From assembly GCA_963740315.1 (NCBI GenBank), contig CAVUDP010000002.1:2208001-2272000 (forward strand): DNA of 64,000 nt, given 5' to 3'. The DNA is from an uncultured cyanobacterium (GTDB taxonomy: Bacteria > Cyanobacteriota > Cyanobacteriia > Cyanobacteriales > Nostocaceae). The stretch's first letter is position 1. Every line of letters begins with the position of its first letter. Both the position numbers and the translations under genes were made by a program. Under the pieces are notes generated by a model. The model saw only the letters and a program-made list of their open reading frames with translations. It was not told the origin of the DNA and made no database searches. Below are positions 18,685-29,053 of this stretch, piece after piece.

Positions 18685-19116
18685 ATGCAATTAGAATATA
18701 AATCGCAGATTGAAGAAAATATCAAAATTCTCAAACATGATTTACCGACTTTGTTTGAGAAAGATATTTCTTATGATATTTATACAGATGATATTTTATT
18801 TAAAGATCCGGTAAATAAGTTTAAATGGAAATTTAACTATAGAATTATCTTTTGGACTTTAAGATTCCACGCTGGGTTGTTTTTTACAGATATTCACTTC
18901 GATCTGCACGATCTATATCAATCAAATGAAAATACAATTTTTGCGAAGTGGACTGTGCGCGGTACTTTACGAGTTCCTTGGCGAGCAAAGATTTTTTTCA
19001 ACGGTCATTCAAATTATACATTAAATGAAGATGGTTTAATAAACAATCATATTGATACTTGGGATCGGAAACCTAGCGAAATTTTAGGTCAGTTTTTCCG
19101 TAAGGGAGAATCTTGA
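18685..19116 (+). CDS. DUF2358 (NTF2/SnoaL-like) protein
   Basis: YDIYTDDILFKDPVN, LRVPW and HIDTW motifs. Confidence 0.85.
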   Translation: MQLEYKSQIEENIKILKHDLPTLFEKDISYDIYTDDILFKDPVNKFKWKFNYRIIFWTLRFHAGLFFTDIHFDLHDLYQSNENTIFAKWTVRGTLRVPWRAKIFFNGHSNYTLNEDGLINNHIDTWDRKPSEILGQFFRKGES

Positions 19117-19358
19117 TTTCTATTAGCTTGCACGACTTTAGATTTACTAAAAAGAAACCACCACAACTCTAACCCAATTAAACCAATACCACCTACAGTC
19201 ACGGCAGCTTTTAACCCTAAAGGTTGTTCGATTCGTTGAAATTGGACGTTTTCTTGTTGGGAAGGCATTTCTACAGGTTTTTGAGCCAAAGCTGTTCCTG
19301 CCGATAGAAAAAACCCCACCGCAGCAAGATTTGCTAAAATATTTTTTTTATTCAACAT
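19089..19358 (-). CDS. Small membrane protein downstream of copA, probably the N-terminal part of a cupredoxin-domain protein
   Basis: Signal peptide followed by IEQPLGLKAAVTVGGIGLIGLELWWFL; no cupredoxin domain follows; the tail overlaps the DUF2358 gene by 28 bp. Confidence 0.6.
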   Translation of the reverse strand: MLNKKNILANLAAVGFFLSAGTALAQKPVEMPSQQENVQFQRIEQPLGLKAAVTVGGIGLIGLELWWFLFSKSKVVQANRNQDSPLRKN

Positions 19359-19448
19359 TATTTATTAACTCCAAAAAATCAATTATTTATCTAATTTTCC
19401 CTTTCTGCTTCCCCTGATTTCCTAATGCAAAAAAAATATTTTTTATCC

Positions 19449-21734
19449 TTACTGCTTCAATCCAAAATTACGCAACCGCAAAGCATTGGTAACAACCGAA
19501 ACCGAACTAAAAGCCATCGCACCACCAGCAATAATTGGGTTTAATAACCAGCCAAATATGGGAAACAAAATTCCCGCAGCGATGGGAATACCTAAAACGT
19601 TGTAGAAAAAAGCAAAGAACAAATTCTGACGAATATTGTTGATAGTAGCCCTCGAAAGTTTGATTGCCGTGACAATCGATCGCAAATCGCCAGAAATTAA
19701 AGTGATGTCACTCGCTGCGATCGCTACATCTGTTCCGGTACCAATTGCCATCCCTACATCGGCTTGCGCTAATGCTGGGGCATCGTTTATACCATCTCCT
19801 ACCATAGCCACAATCTTGTTTTGAGTTTTATTTTTACCCTTTCTTCTTATGCCTTCAGCCTGCAAAGACTTGACAACTGCGGCTTTTTGGTCTGGTCTAA
19901 CTTCTGCAAATACTCGGTCAATACCAACTTCGTTAGCGATCGCTTCTGCTGTCGGACGGTTATCTCCGGTTAACATTACTACTTCTAAACCTAACTTACG
20001 CATGATTCTTACCGCTTCAATAGAAGTGGATTTAAGCGTATCGGCAATTGCCATCAAACCTTCAACTTCCCCATCCACCGCAATCCAAATTACAGTTTGT
20101 CCGAGGGATTCCCAAGTGTCTTTTTGTTCTTGGAATAAGTTGGTATTAATTCCAATTTCCGAAAGCCAGCGTTTAGTCCCAATTTGCACAAATCTATCGG
20201 AAACATATCCCTCAACGCCGCTTCCGGCAACAGCTTCAAAATCGCGAGCGTTTGTTAACCCGACATTCTGAGACTCAGCATATCTAACTACTGCTTCCGC
20301 CAGAGGATGTTCGGAATTACGCTCTAATGCAGCCGCGAACTTAATAAGTTTCAACTCGTTTTGATTAGCAGTACCGCGCACCGTGACAAAATTAGTTACA
20401 GTAGGTTTCCCTTCCGTCAAAGTCCCAGTTTTATCCAAGACAATAGTCTGGATTTTATGAGCGAGTTCTAAACTTTCCGCACCTTTAATCAAAATACCAT
20501 TTTCAGCACCTTTACCCGTACCAACCATTACCGATGTCGGAGTTGCTAAACCCAAAGCACAGGGACAAGCGATAATCAAAACACCGACGGTAGTAATTAA
20601 AGCGAGGCTGATATTACCCATGAAATCAAACCAGATAACAAAAGTAAAGATGGCGATCGCAATTACCACCGGCACAAACCACCCCGTCACTCGATCTGCT
20701 AATCTTTGAATCGGAGCTTTACTTCCTTGGGCTTGTCTTACCAATTGCACAATCTGCGATAAAACGGTATCTTTTCCTACCCTCGTTGCCTTAAACTTAA
20801 AGCTACCAGTCTTATTAATCGTCGCGCCGATAACCTCATCACCGGGCTGCTTTTTCACGGCTACACTTTCCCCCGTCACCATCGCTTCGTCGATAGTAGA
20901 TGTACCTTCTATAACTTCTCCATCTACGGGAATTTTCTCCCCAGGGCGCACTAAAATTATGTCATCAAGCTCAACAGATTGAATCGGAACATCTACTTCT
21001 TTACCGTTGCGAATCACCCGCGCATCTCTAGCCTGTAAACCAATTAGCTTGCGAATTGCATCGCTAGTTTGTCCTTTAGCGCGATTCTCAAACAGCTTTC
21101 CTAACAGAATTAAAGTAATGACAACGGCAGCAGTTTCGTAATATACCTCCGGCATCAAACCTTGATTGATAAAGAAGTCAGGAAACATCGTTGCAAACAG
21201 CGAATAGAAAAACGCTGCCGAAGTACCCAGGGCTATCAGGGTATCCATTGTGGCTCTGTGACGCTTCAAAGCTTTCCAAGCTCCGGTATAAAACCCATAA
21301 CCACACCAAAACTGCACGGGTACGGTTAGTGCTAACTGCAACCACGGGTTGTGCAACCATGCAGGAATAAAGGGTAATTCCAACCCTGTCATCATTGGTA
21401 ATGAGCCAATAATTAGTAAAGCACTAATTACACCTCCGACAATCAGCTTGCGAATCAAATTGCGGGATTCGGCTTTTCTGGCTGCTTTGTCTTCATCATC
21501 TTCCCCCGTAATCATTTCTTGTTGCAGGGGAGTTGCACTGTATCCAGCAGCATCAACCGCATCTTGAATCTGCTTGATAGTAGCTTGCTTGGGATTATAT
21601 TTTACAGTAGCTTGTTCGGCACCAAAATTAACATTACATTCGCTAACTCCGGGAACAGAATTAATCGTTTCTTCGATGCTGTTTGCACAGGAGGCACAAC
21701 TCATGCCTCTTAGTTTAAGGGTAGTAGTATCCAT
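19449..21734 (-). CDS. copA: Cu(I)-translocating P1B-1 ATPase (CopA/PacS)
   Basis: N-terminal [33 protein letters not shown] and MAFSS motifs. Confidence 0.97.
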   Translation of the reverse strand: MDTTTLKLRGMSCASCANSIEETINSVPGVSECNVNFGAEQATVKYNPKQATIKQIQDAVDAAGYSATPLQQEMITGEDDEDKAARKAESRNLIRKLIVGGVISALLIIGSLPMMTGLELPFIPAWLHNPWLQLALTVPVQFWCGYGFYTGAWKALKRHRATMDTLIALGTSAAFFYSLFATMFPDFFINQGLMPEVYYETAAVVITLILLGKLFENRAKGQTSDAIRKLIGLQARDARVIRNGKEVDVPIQSVELDDIILVRPGEKIPVDGEVIEGTSTIDEAMVTGESVAVKKQPGDEVIGATINKTGSFKFKATRVGKDTVLSQIVQLVRQAQGSKAPIQRLADRVTGWFVPVVIAIAIFTFVIWFDFMGNISLALITTVGVLIIACPCALGLATPTSVMVGTGKGAENGILIKGAESLELAHKIQTIVLDKTGTLTEGKPTVTNFVTVRGTANQNELKLIKFAAALERNSEHPLAEAVVRYAESQNVGLTNARDFEAVAGSGVEGYVSDRFVQIGTKRWLSEIGINTNLFQEQKDTWESLGQTVIWIAVDGEVEGLMAIADTLKSTSIEAVRIMRKLGLEVVMLTGDNRPTAEAIANEVGIDRVFAEVRPDQKAAVVKSLQAEGIRRKGKNKTQNKIVAMVGDGINDAPALAQADVGMAIGTGTDVAIAASDITLISGDLRSIVTAIKLSRATINNIRQNLFFAFFYNVLGIPIAAGILFPIFGWLLNPIIAGGAMAFSSVSVVTNALRLRNFGLKQ

Positions 21735-21797
21735 AATTAGTAAAGCCGAATCGCTTTTTGTGCATTTTATTGCAAGTAATTTACTTATGCAGATAAT

Positions 21798-21829
21798 ATG
21801 CTAAACCCTCTAGTAGGCTAGAGAGTCAA
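21798..21829 (-). promoter_or_regulatory. MerR-type promoter/operator of copA
   Basis: Minus strand TTGACT-20 bp-TAGCAT with the dyad CTCTAG-CCTA-CTAGAG in the spacer. Confidence 0.85.
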
Positions 21830-21982
21830 GGGATAAACTGGAAAAATATTTTTTTGAGATTAAAAGTAGATTTTATAGTCTTAAGTAACGTTTATGTAAG
21901 TGTTTCAGTGGCAGCAACGGTATAATTTAAATAGTTACATTTATTTTTTTTTGGTGTAATTCTAAATTAGATTATTTATAAT

Positions 21983-22078
21983 CAGGACTTACGTAAACGT
22001 TACTTTTAAAGGGGGGTTGGGGGGATCTTCCATGTCTGGAACACTACTATATTTTACGTGATTGCTGCGTAAGTCCTA
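21983..22078. mobile_element. 96-bp MITE with (C/T)AGGACTTACG(C/T)A ends and 5-bp target duplication
   Basis: Ends CAGGACTTACGTA and TGCGTAAGTCCTA; ATAAT directly repeated at 21978-21982 and 22079-22083. Confidence 0.85.
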
Positions 22079-22154
22079 ATAATAAAAACTACGAACAGCA
22101 ACTACATCTTTTTGTATAACTGAAATAAGTTTATATCTTGAGGTTTACTACTCA

Positions 22155-22306
22155 GAGGATGTTTTCTAAGTATGTGTTCTTACCTAATTACTGCTTCGAT
22201 CCCCCTTCCCCCCTTACAAAGGGGGTTAAAGTCCCCCAATTCCGAAAGAGGATTTAGAGGGTTCTCAAAAGTTTAAAGTTATAAAAATAGCTTGACAAAC
22301 ATCCTC
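22155..22306. mobile_element. 152-bp MITE with GAGGATGTTT ends and an internal CCCCCTT..AAGGGGG hairpin
   Basis: GAGGATGTTT...AAACATCCTC inverted ends; a copy of the same length lies at 33414-33565. Confidence 0.8.
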
Positions 22307-22342
22307 TTGTGATATGTATTTTGGCTTCTTATTTAGTTTGAA

Positions 22343-23584
22343 TTAATTAGAAAAAATCTCGTCAGTCACCCATTCAGTTACAGCTTTAAAATTATGAACC
22401 GGAGTCGGTAAAGTTGTTAAATACCTGCTCTGACGAATCAAGTGAGCGGGTTCTCCCGTAATAATGGCGCTGTTAAATAAATTCGCTCCTGCTTCACCTA
22501 TGCCAAATTTCATCAGCGTTCCGCGTATACTAACATTACTATCAATGGGGGAATTTCCCATAGATAAAGCTTTGAGATTATTCGCGATTGTTGCTCCTTG
22601 CTGATAAGCTACTTGAGCTAAGGGTGGTTGGGAATTCTGCATTGGTGTTGCACAATCTCCCCCCGCAAAGACATAAGGAAACTCAGGTATTTGCAAAGTT
22701 GGTAGAACCTGCAATCGACCTTTTTTATCCCGTTTTTCTGATGGTATTGGTAGAGATTCAATTAATGGATGGGTAGTTGTTCCTGTTGTCCAAATAATAG
22801 TCGCAGCTTCGAGGGATTCCTGTTGTTCGTTGCGTTTAAATTCTACACGCCCTTTTTCCACTTTAGTTACAGAAGCATTCATCTGTAACTCAACGGGAAT
22901 ACTACGATTTTGTAATGCTTTTTCTGCTGCTTCCTTCAAACCTTCATTGGTATCACCTGAAAGAATTTGAGAACCGCGATTGATTAAAACAATACGAACT
23001 TCCTCTTTTACACCACCCATTTCCGCATACCAGTTAGGAACAACATCAGCCAAAGTTGCAGCTAATTCTACTCCGCTGGGTCCCGCACCTACAATTGTTA
23101 CCGTTAAAAGATGGCGGCGCTTTTGAGCATCCGTTGTTTGAATTGCTTGCTGTAAGCAGTTTATTAAATGTTTTTGCAGGGCGATCGCATCTTCGTAATC
23201 GCGGAAAGCAAAGGTATTATCTTTAGCTCCTTCAATGCCGAAATAAGCTGTAGGATTACCTAAAGCTAAAACTAAATTATCGTAACTATATTCTTGAGTA
23301 GAGTTGATTTTAACTTTTTGAGAATGCAAATCAATTTCTTGTACTGCTGCTGAGACAAACTTCACGCCACTATCTTTGAGTAAATCCGTGTAGCGGGGAC
23401 AAACTTGTGATTCATCCAATTCCTGACTGAGTAAATCGTAGAGTAAAGGTTTAAAAGTAAAGCGTTTATTTCGATCGATGAGAATAATTGGTCGATCGTA
23501 ATTTTGTTGTCGCAAGTGCAGCGCGGTAAATAATCCTAAAAATCCACCACCAAGAATGATTGTATAGTTATTTGAGCTATTCAT
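22343..23584 (-). CDS. Type II NADH dehydrogenase-like NAD(P)/FAD oxidoreductase
   Basis: ILGGGFLG, FKPLLY, VGAGPSGVELAA, VFAGGDCA and AQVAYQQG motifs. Confidence 0.92.
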   Translation of the reverse strand: MNSSNNYTIILGGGFLGLFTALHLRQQNYDRPIILIDRNKRFTFKPLLYDLLSQELDESQVCPRYTDLLKDSGVKFVSAAVQEIDLHSQKVKINSTQEYSYDNLVLALGNPTAYFGIEGAKDNTFAFRDYEDAIALQKHLINCLQQAIQTTDAQKRRHLLTVTIVGAGPSGVELAATLADVVPNWYAEMGGVKEEVRIVLINRGSQILSGDTNEGLKEAAEKALQNRSIPVELQMNASVTKVEKGRVEFKRNEQQESLEAATIIWTTGTTTHPLIESLPIPSEKRDKKGRLQVLPTLQIPEFPYVFAGGDCATPMQNSQPPLAQVAYQQGATIANNLKALSMGNSPIDSNVSIRGTLMKFGIGEAGANLFNSAIITGEPAHLIRQSRYLTTLPTPVHNFKAVTEWVTDEIFSN

Positions 23585-23762
23585 TAGGTAAAACTGAAGT
23601 ACGAACTATATCAACTGATATTTTGGTCTAATTTAGTTCAAAATAACTCTGTCTAATGGTACTTATTACAACTACGGTCACGTAAAGTAGAAATTAATTT
23701 AATATTTTTGGAATCAAAGATTAATGAGAATATCCGGATTCTTCAGATGTTTTTCCCATATC

Positions 23763-25689
23763 TTACATCAATAAACGTAGACCGCTCAAAATTACCAAAA
23801 CCGTAGATCCTTCATGCCCGATCACCCCCAAAGGCATATTAATATTACCTGTAAAGTTAGCTATTAGTAATAAAAAAATAAATGAAAGCGCAAAAGTAAT
23901 GTTTTGTTTGATAATACGATTAGTGCGACGACCAAGCCTAATTGCCGTATGTAATTTTTCTAGGCGATCGCTCATCAAAATCACATCGGCAGTTTCTAAG
24001 GCGACATCATTCCCGGCACCACCCATAGCTATACCTACTGTAGCCATAGCTAATGCTGGCGCGTCATTAATTCCATCTCCCACCATTGCCACATTTTTAT
24101 ATTTTTGCTGTAGCTGACGAATAACTGTTAGTTTATCTTCTGGCAGAAGTTCGGCATAAACTATTTCTATCCCCAGGGATTTAGCAACACTATTTGCAGT
24201 AACTTGATTGTCTCCGGTAAGTAAAACTATTTGTTCGATACCCAGTTTTTTCAATTCCTTAATTGAAGCTGCTGCTGACGATCGAATAGTGTCAGCAACG
24301 GCTATCAAGCCTATAACAACAGCATCTTCAACCACCCAGACAACAGTTTTACCTTGTTTTTCCAGGCGATTATTTATCTGAATAAATTCGGGGTTTAAAT
24401 TGGGGATTTCTTGACGAATAAAAGCAGTTTTTCCTACCTTAACTGTTTTTCCTGCGACTTCACCAACAATTCCCATACCCGTTTTTGCTTGTACTTGACT
24501 AGCATTTTGCAGTGAGAGGTTTTTCTGTAAAGCAGCTTGGGTAATTGCTTCACCGATAGGATGTTCCGAACGCGATTCTAAGGCAGCAGCTACCTGCAAA
24601 ACCCGATCGCCAGATTGCCCTACTACTGGAACAATCTCTGCCACCTCTAGTTTTCCCGTAGTTAAAGTACCAGTTTTATCAAAAGCGATCGCCTTTACTT
24701 TCCCGATTTTCTCTATCTGCGATCCATTCTTAAATAAAATTCCTGCCCTAGCACCACGAGCAATTCCTGATAATAGAGTCGGCATAATTGCAGCCATTAA
24801 CGCGCAGGGAGAAGCTACAACTAAAAATATTAATGCTCTATAAATTGTCGTTTCCCAGTCCCAACCCAATAAAAATGGCGGTAAAATTGCTAACAATAAT
24901 CCCACCAACACGATAATTCGTGCATAGCTGCGCTCGAATCCTTCGATAAACTGCTGGGATGGAGGTGCTTCAGTTTGTGCTTTTTCTACTAACCGAATTA
25001 CTCGTTGAATGAGATTGTTTTCTGGAGGTTCAATCTACTTCTATTTCCAAAGCTCCATTGCCGTTGAGCGTACCAGCAAAGACTTCATCTCCGACCTTTT
25101 TATCTACAGGAATAGACTCTCCAGTAATTGATGATTGGTTAACACTCGTCCAACCTATCTTAATAAGACCATCAACAGGAATCAGTTCTCCTGGCTTTAC
25201 TAATACTAAATCTCCTACTTGCAATTTAGCCGTTTCAATAATTCGTTCTTGTTCTTCCTGGATGACTATAGCCGTATTGGGTGCAGTTGCCATCAGAGAA
25301 CGAATATTTCGCTCCGTGCGCTGCATGGCTATGCTTTCTAAAGCACCACTGACAGCAAAAATCAGAATCAGCATTCCTCCATCGACAATCAAATAATAAT
25401 CACCTTGCCATAAACCTAAGATAGCTGCTCCTAAAGCAGCCACAATCATTAATAGGTCTACATCTAACTCTTTTTCTACAAATAAAGTCGTCAATCCTTC
25501 TTTAGTGCTTTCATAACCGCCAATAACGTAAGCCGCTGGAAAAATTAATAAAGCAATACTAATCCAACCCAGATTAAGACATAACCAACCCAAGAAAATA
25601 AGAATTGCACAGGCAGCAGCGGCAGAAGCGTCTGAATACTGTTCCAGAAGTCGCTTGAGAGAGAAGTTCGATCTAATTCTTTGAGCCAT
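23763..25689 (-). pseudogene. coaT: Frameshifted P1B-4 (CoaT-like, Co/Zn) ATPase
   Basis: The N part (TGES) stops at 25030; removing one base near 25032 restores EV-x-EPPENNLIQRVIRLVEKAQ, continuing into [18 protein letters not shown] and HEGST. Confidence 0.88.
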
Positions 25690-25720
25690 TAACGCACGAA
25701 AATAGCAAGTACGAGACTAA

Positions 25721-25756
25721 CGTTAACATTAACATTTACATTGACATTAAAGTCAA
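25721..25756 (-). promoter_or_regulatory. Probable MerR-type (CoaR-like) promoter of the coaT-like gene
   Basis: Minus strand TTGACT followed by the imperfect dyad TTAATGTCAATGTAAA, then an AT-rich -10-like region 19-20 bp downstream. Confidence 0.55.
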
Positions 25757-25909
25757 CAAAATAGATCGCAACTTGCCCGCTCTACAGTAACGATGCTTTA
25801 AATGTCTACTTATAACTCGATCGAAAAGCTTATGTATAAAGTAGAAAGCGGAAATAACACCATTACGTTGGCTTAATACTTCTATACGAAAAACTAATTC
25901 CAAGCAAAT

Positions 25910-26335
25910 CTAATGTAAAGGTACGCTGGCAATAAGAGGACAAACTTCTTCCTGTTTTAAGTTAGATTTGGGGTTCTTTGACCAAATATCACGATAATGT
26001 TCTAATTCGCTTTTAAACAAAGTCATTTGCTTAATTTGAATTGCCAGTTCCTCGATTTTGTTTTCTAATAAACTTTGTACGAAATTACAAGGAATTTCAC
26101 CGCGATCGCGAACATCGAGAATTTGTTTGATTTCTTCTAAGGTAAATCCTAGAGCCTGAGCTTTCTTGATAAATTCTACCTGCTCGGAGGCATTCTCAGC
26201 ATAATACCGATAGCCATTGTCTCCTCGGTGTAAGGGTTGCAAAAGTCCTATATCGCTGTAATAACGTAAAGTTCCGACTTTTGCTTTTGTTTGCTTGGCT
26301 AATTCTCCAATTTTGAGATAGGCTACTTCGCTCAT
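25910..26335 (-). CDS. MerR family heavy-metal-responsive regulator
   Basis: LKIGELAK..TLRYY..GLL, NGYRYY and FIKKAQALGFTLEEI motifs; Cys in PCNFV and in the C-terminal VCPLI. Confidence 0.95.
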   Translation of the reverse strand: MSEVAYLKIGELAKQTKAKVGTLRYYSDIGLLQPLHRGDNGYRYYAENASEQVEFIKKAQALGFTLEEIKQILDVRDRGEIPCNFVQSLLENKIEELAIQIKQMTLFKSELEHYRDIWSKNPKSNLKQEEVCPLIASVPLH

Positions 26336-26369
26336 AATTACCTCTTGGTTTATTTATAAGAGTTAATCA

Positions 26370-26401
26370 ATGATAAACTCTCTAGTTAACTATAGAGTCA
26401 A
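26370..26401 (-). promoter_or_regulatory. MerR-type promoter/operator of the merR-family gene
   Basis: Minus strand TTGACT-20 bp-TATCAT with the dyad CTATAG-TTAA-CTAGAG, nearly identical to the copA operator. Confidence 0.85.
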
Positions 26402-26794
26402 CTATTGTAAGTAAATATTTCAGTTACAGGTTCTTTATTTCAGATAGCAATAATTACTGATAAAATTCGCAAACTTTTATGGCTTTTGGAATGGCAAGGG
26501 GAAAAATGTGGTCGCATCAATGTAGAAATTATTTATCCGTTATAAAATCCTTTTAGTTAGAGTAGTGCTTGGTATTACAGGTATTACCATGTATTTTAAA
26601 TAAGCCGACGTAATAGTAAATAATACGACATTTTAAATAATAAAGTTATTTTATTGTATCTAGAAGACTTTTATTAAATCTACATTTATTAATATCAAAT
26701 CAAGACTTGCGACTGATGACTTATTGAAGATTCATGGGGTTTAATTAAGCCAGCTCCTTGACAAAAATCGCCACGCTATTTTTTGGAAGCCTAT

Positions 26795-29053
26795 ATGGAA
26801 AACCTGTCCCTAATATTTGTGCTACTTACAACGCCCGAAGGCGCAGGCGAACATCTAATTAAACCACTAGCTCATCATCAGTTACTGTTGTTGCTGCTGG
26901 AACTATCGCTGCTGCTGCTGGTGGCGCGGGGACTCGGTGAGGTGATGCGCCGAATTAACTTACCACCAGTTGTCGGGGAATTACTTGCTGGTGTGCTGCT
27001 CGGTCCTTCTTTATTTGGATTGTTGTTTCCAAACTTACACGCACATATTTTTCCCCAAAGCCAACAACAGTCAGATTTGTTATCGGTGATTTCTTGGTTG
27101 GGGGTACTGTGTTTGCTGATTGTCACCGGGCTGGAAACTGACCTAAAGCTGATTATCCGCAAGGGTAAAACGGCTTTGCTGATTTCCCTCGGTGGAATTG
27201 TTATCCCTTTTCTGACCGGATTCGGACTCGGCTGGTTTTTACCAGAAACTTTTTTAGCCGATCCCTCAAAGCGACTGGTTTTCAGCTTATTTATTGCCAC
27301 GGCAATGAGTATTTCGGCGGTGCCGGTGATTGCCAAAGTGCTGATGGACTTAAATTTGATTCGCCGCGATATCGGTCAAGTTACCTTGGCAGCCGGGATG
27401 ACCGACGATACCATTGGCTGGATTTTACTCTCCGTAGTTTCCGGGTTGGCTAGCAGTGGTAAATTTGACTTTGGTACGGTGTTTCGCTCTGTAACTGCCG
27501 CTATCTTATTTTTAGCGATCGCCTTCACCATCGGACGGACAATTGTAGACCAAATATTGCGTTGGGTAGATGACAAAGTTGGCGGAGTTACGGCGAGTTT
27601 ATCGGTACTGTTGGTTCTATCTTTTTCAGCCGCAGCTTTTACTCAATACCTGGGGTTGGAAGCCGCTTTAGGCGCTTTTGTAGTGGGAATTCTCGCCGGA
27701 CAATCGCGCCGTTTCAGCAGTGAAGCCGGACACACCCTCGAAATTTTCACCGCCGGTTTTCTCGCGCCGATTTTCTTTGCTTCGGCGGGTTTAAAAGTTA
27801 ATTTGCTGGCTCTTTTAGTTCCCCAAACTTTGCTATTTGGTCTGCTTGTTCTTGCAGTAGCTTGTGTAGGAAAATTTACAGGAGCCTATCTGGGTTCTCG
27901 CGTCGGCGGATTGAGCCATTGGGAAGGAATGGCGATGGGTTCGGGGATGAATGCACGCGGAGCAATGGAAATTGTGGTAGCCACGATCGGTTTATCTTTG
28001 GGTGTCCTCAATCCCCAAATGTATTCAATTATCTTGATGGTTGCAATTATTACTTCGCTGATGGCTCCCCCTCTGTTACGCTGGTCTTTGTCGAAGGTGA
28101 CTATCGGTGAAGAAGAGCGATCGCGCTTGGAACTCGAAGAACTTGCCAGTCGCAGTTTTATCAAGCAGATACGGCGCGTTTTAATACCCAGTCGCGGTGG
28201 TACAAACATCCAACTCGCGGCGCAGCTAGTAGGCTACATGGCGCACCAAAACCATTTAGACGTAACACTTTTGTACGCTGACGATCGGTCTGTAGGTAAA
28301 GCAAGACAAACTGTTACCGATCTTAAAGATACCGCCGCTCAAGCTGCTTTTGCTGATGTCGTCGAAGAGATGCAGCTACCCGATCGCTCCACAATCCAGA
28401 GAAAAATTGAGTCGGGACACAATAAAGTAGAAGCGATTATTAATGAAGCCAGTAAAGGATATAACTTGATCGTGCTGGGAGCATCCGAACAAACAGGTTC
28501 CAAAGATGCACTTTTTAATTTATTAACCGATCGGATAATTCAAGAAGCGCCTTGTGCAACAATGGTGGTCAAGTCGCATTTAAAAGAACCCCAGGGAGAA
28601 ACTTCTACAATCCCTCAACAACCGTTGAAAAATATTCTCGTCCCCACCGTAGGAACAGAATACAGTAAAAATGCCGTAGAGGTAGCAAGTACGATCGCTG
28701 CTCAAACGGGGGCTTTAGTCACAATTGTCAACGTAATTAACTTGCCGCCGATAGAGTATATCCTTTACGAAAGGCGAACGCTAAATCCGATGAAAACTAT
28801 TGCCCGCGACTTACTCGAACAACAAGCCGTAATTAGTCGCAGTTTGGGCGCACAGGTCAAAACCTGCATTCTCAAAGGCACCAGTCCAGAAATGGAAATC
28901 CTCAATTTTGCTGCCAATGAAGGCTTTGACTTAATTATTCTTGGTAGCAATATCCGCATGGTAACAGGGCGGGTTTTCTTCGGTCATCGAGTTGACGCAA
29001 TTTTGAATAAAGCACACTGTCCGGTAGCTGTGATTACAGCTATTAATAGTTAA
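26795..29053 (+). CDS. CPA2 cation:proton antiporter with two C-terminal universal stress protein domains
   Basis: VVGELLAGVLLGPS, GLETD, ISAVPVIAK, MTDD and MNARG motifs, then two USP modules ending APCATMVV and AHCPVAVI; first ATG at 26795. Confidence 0.93.
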   Translation: MENLSLIFVLLTTPEGAGEHLIKPLAHHQLLLLLLELSLLLLVARGLGEVMRRINLPPVVGELLAGVLLGPSLFGLLFPNLHAHIFPQSQQQSDLLSVISWLGVLCLLIVTGLETDLKLIIRKGKTALLISLGGIVIPFLTGFGLGWFLPETFLADPSKRLVFSLFIATAMSISAVPVIAKVLMDLNLIRRDIGQVTLAAGMTDDTIGWILLSVVSGLASSGKFDFGTVFRSVTAAILFLAIAFTIGRTIVDQILRWVDDKVGGVTASLSVLLVLSFSAAAFTQYLGLEAALGAFVVGILAGQSRRFSSEAGHTLEIFTAGFLAPIFFASAGLKVNLLALLVPQTLLFGLLVLAVACVGKFTGAYLGSRVGGLSHWEGMAMGSGMNARGAMEIVVATIGLSLGVLNPQMYSIILMVAIITSLMAPPLLRWSLSKVTIGEEERSRLELEELASRSFIKQIRRVLIPSRGGTNIQLAAQLVGYMAHQNHLDVTLLYADDRSVGKARQTVTDLKDTAAQAAFADVVEEMQLPDRSTIQRKIESGHNKVEAIINEASKGYNLIVLGASEQTGSKDALFNLLTDRIIQEAPCATMVVKSHLKEPQGETSTIPQQPLKNILVPTVGTEYSKNAVEVASTIAAQTGALVTIVNVINLPPIEYILYERRTLNPMKTIARDLLEQQAVISRSLGAQVKTCILKGTSPEMEILNFAANEGFDLIILGSNIRMVTGRVFFGHRVDAILNKAHCPVAVITAINS

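Noticed and set aside
26700..26780. Fluoride riboswitch before the antiporter-USP gene (CTGATGACTT resembles its 3' part)
   Set aside because: The 5' GGxGATGxxGTxCxCC element and pseudoknot partner could not be found
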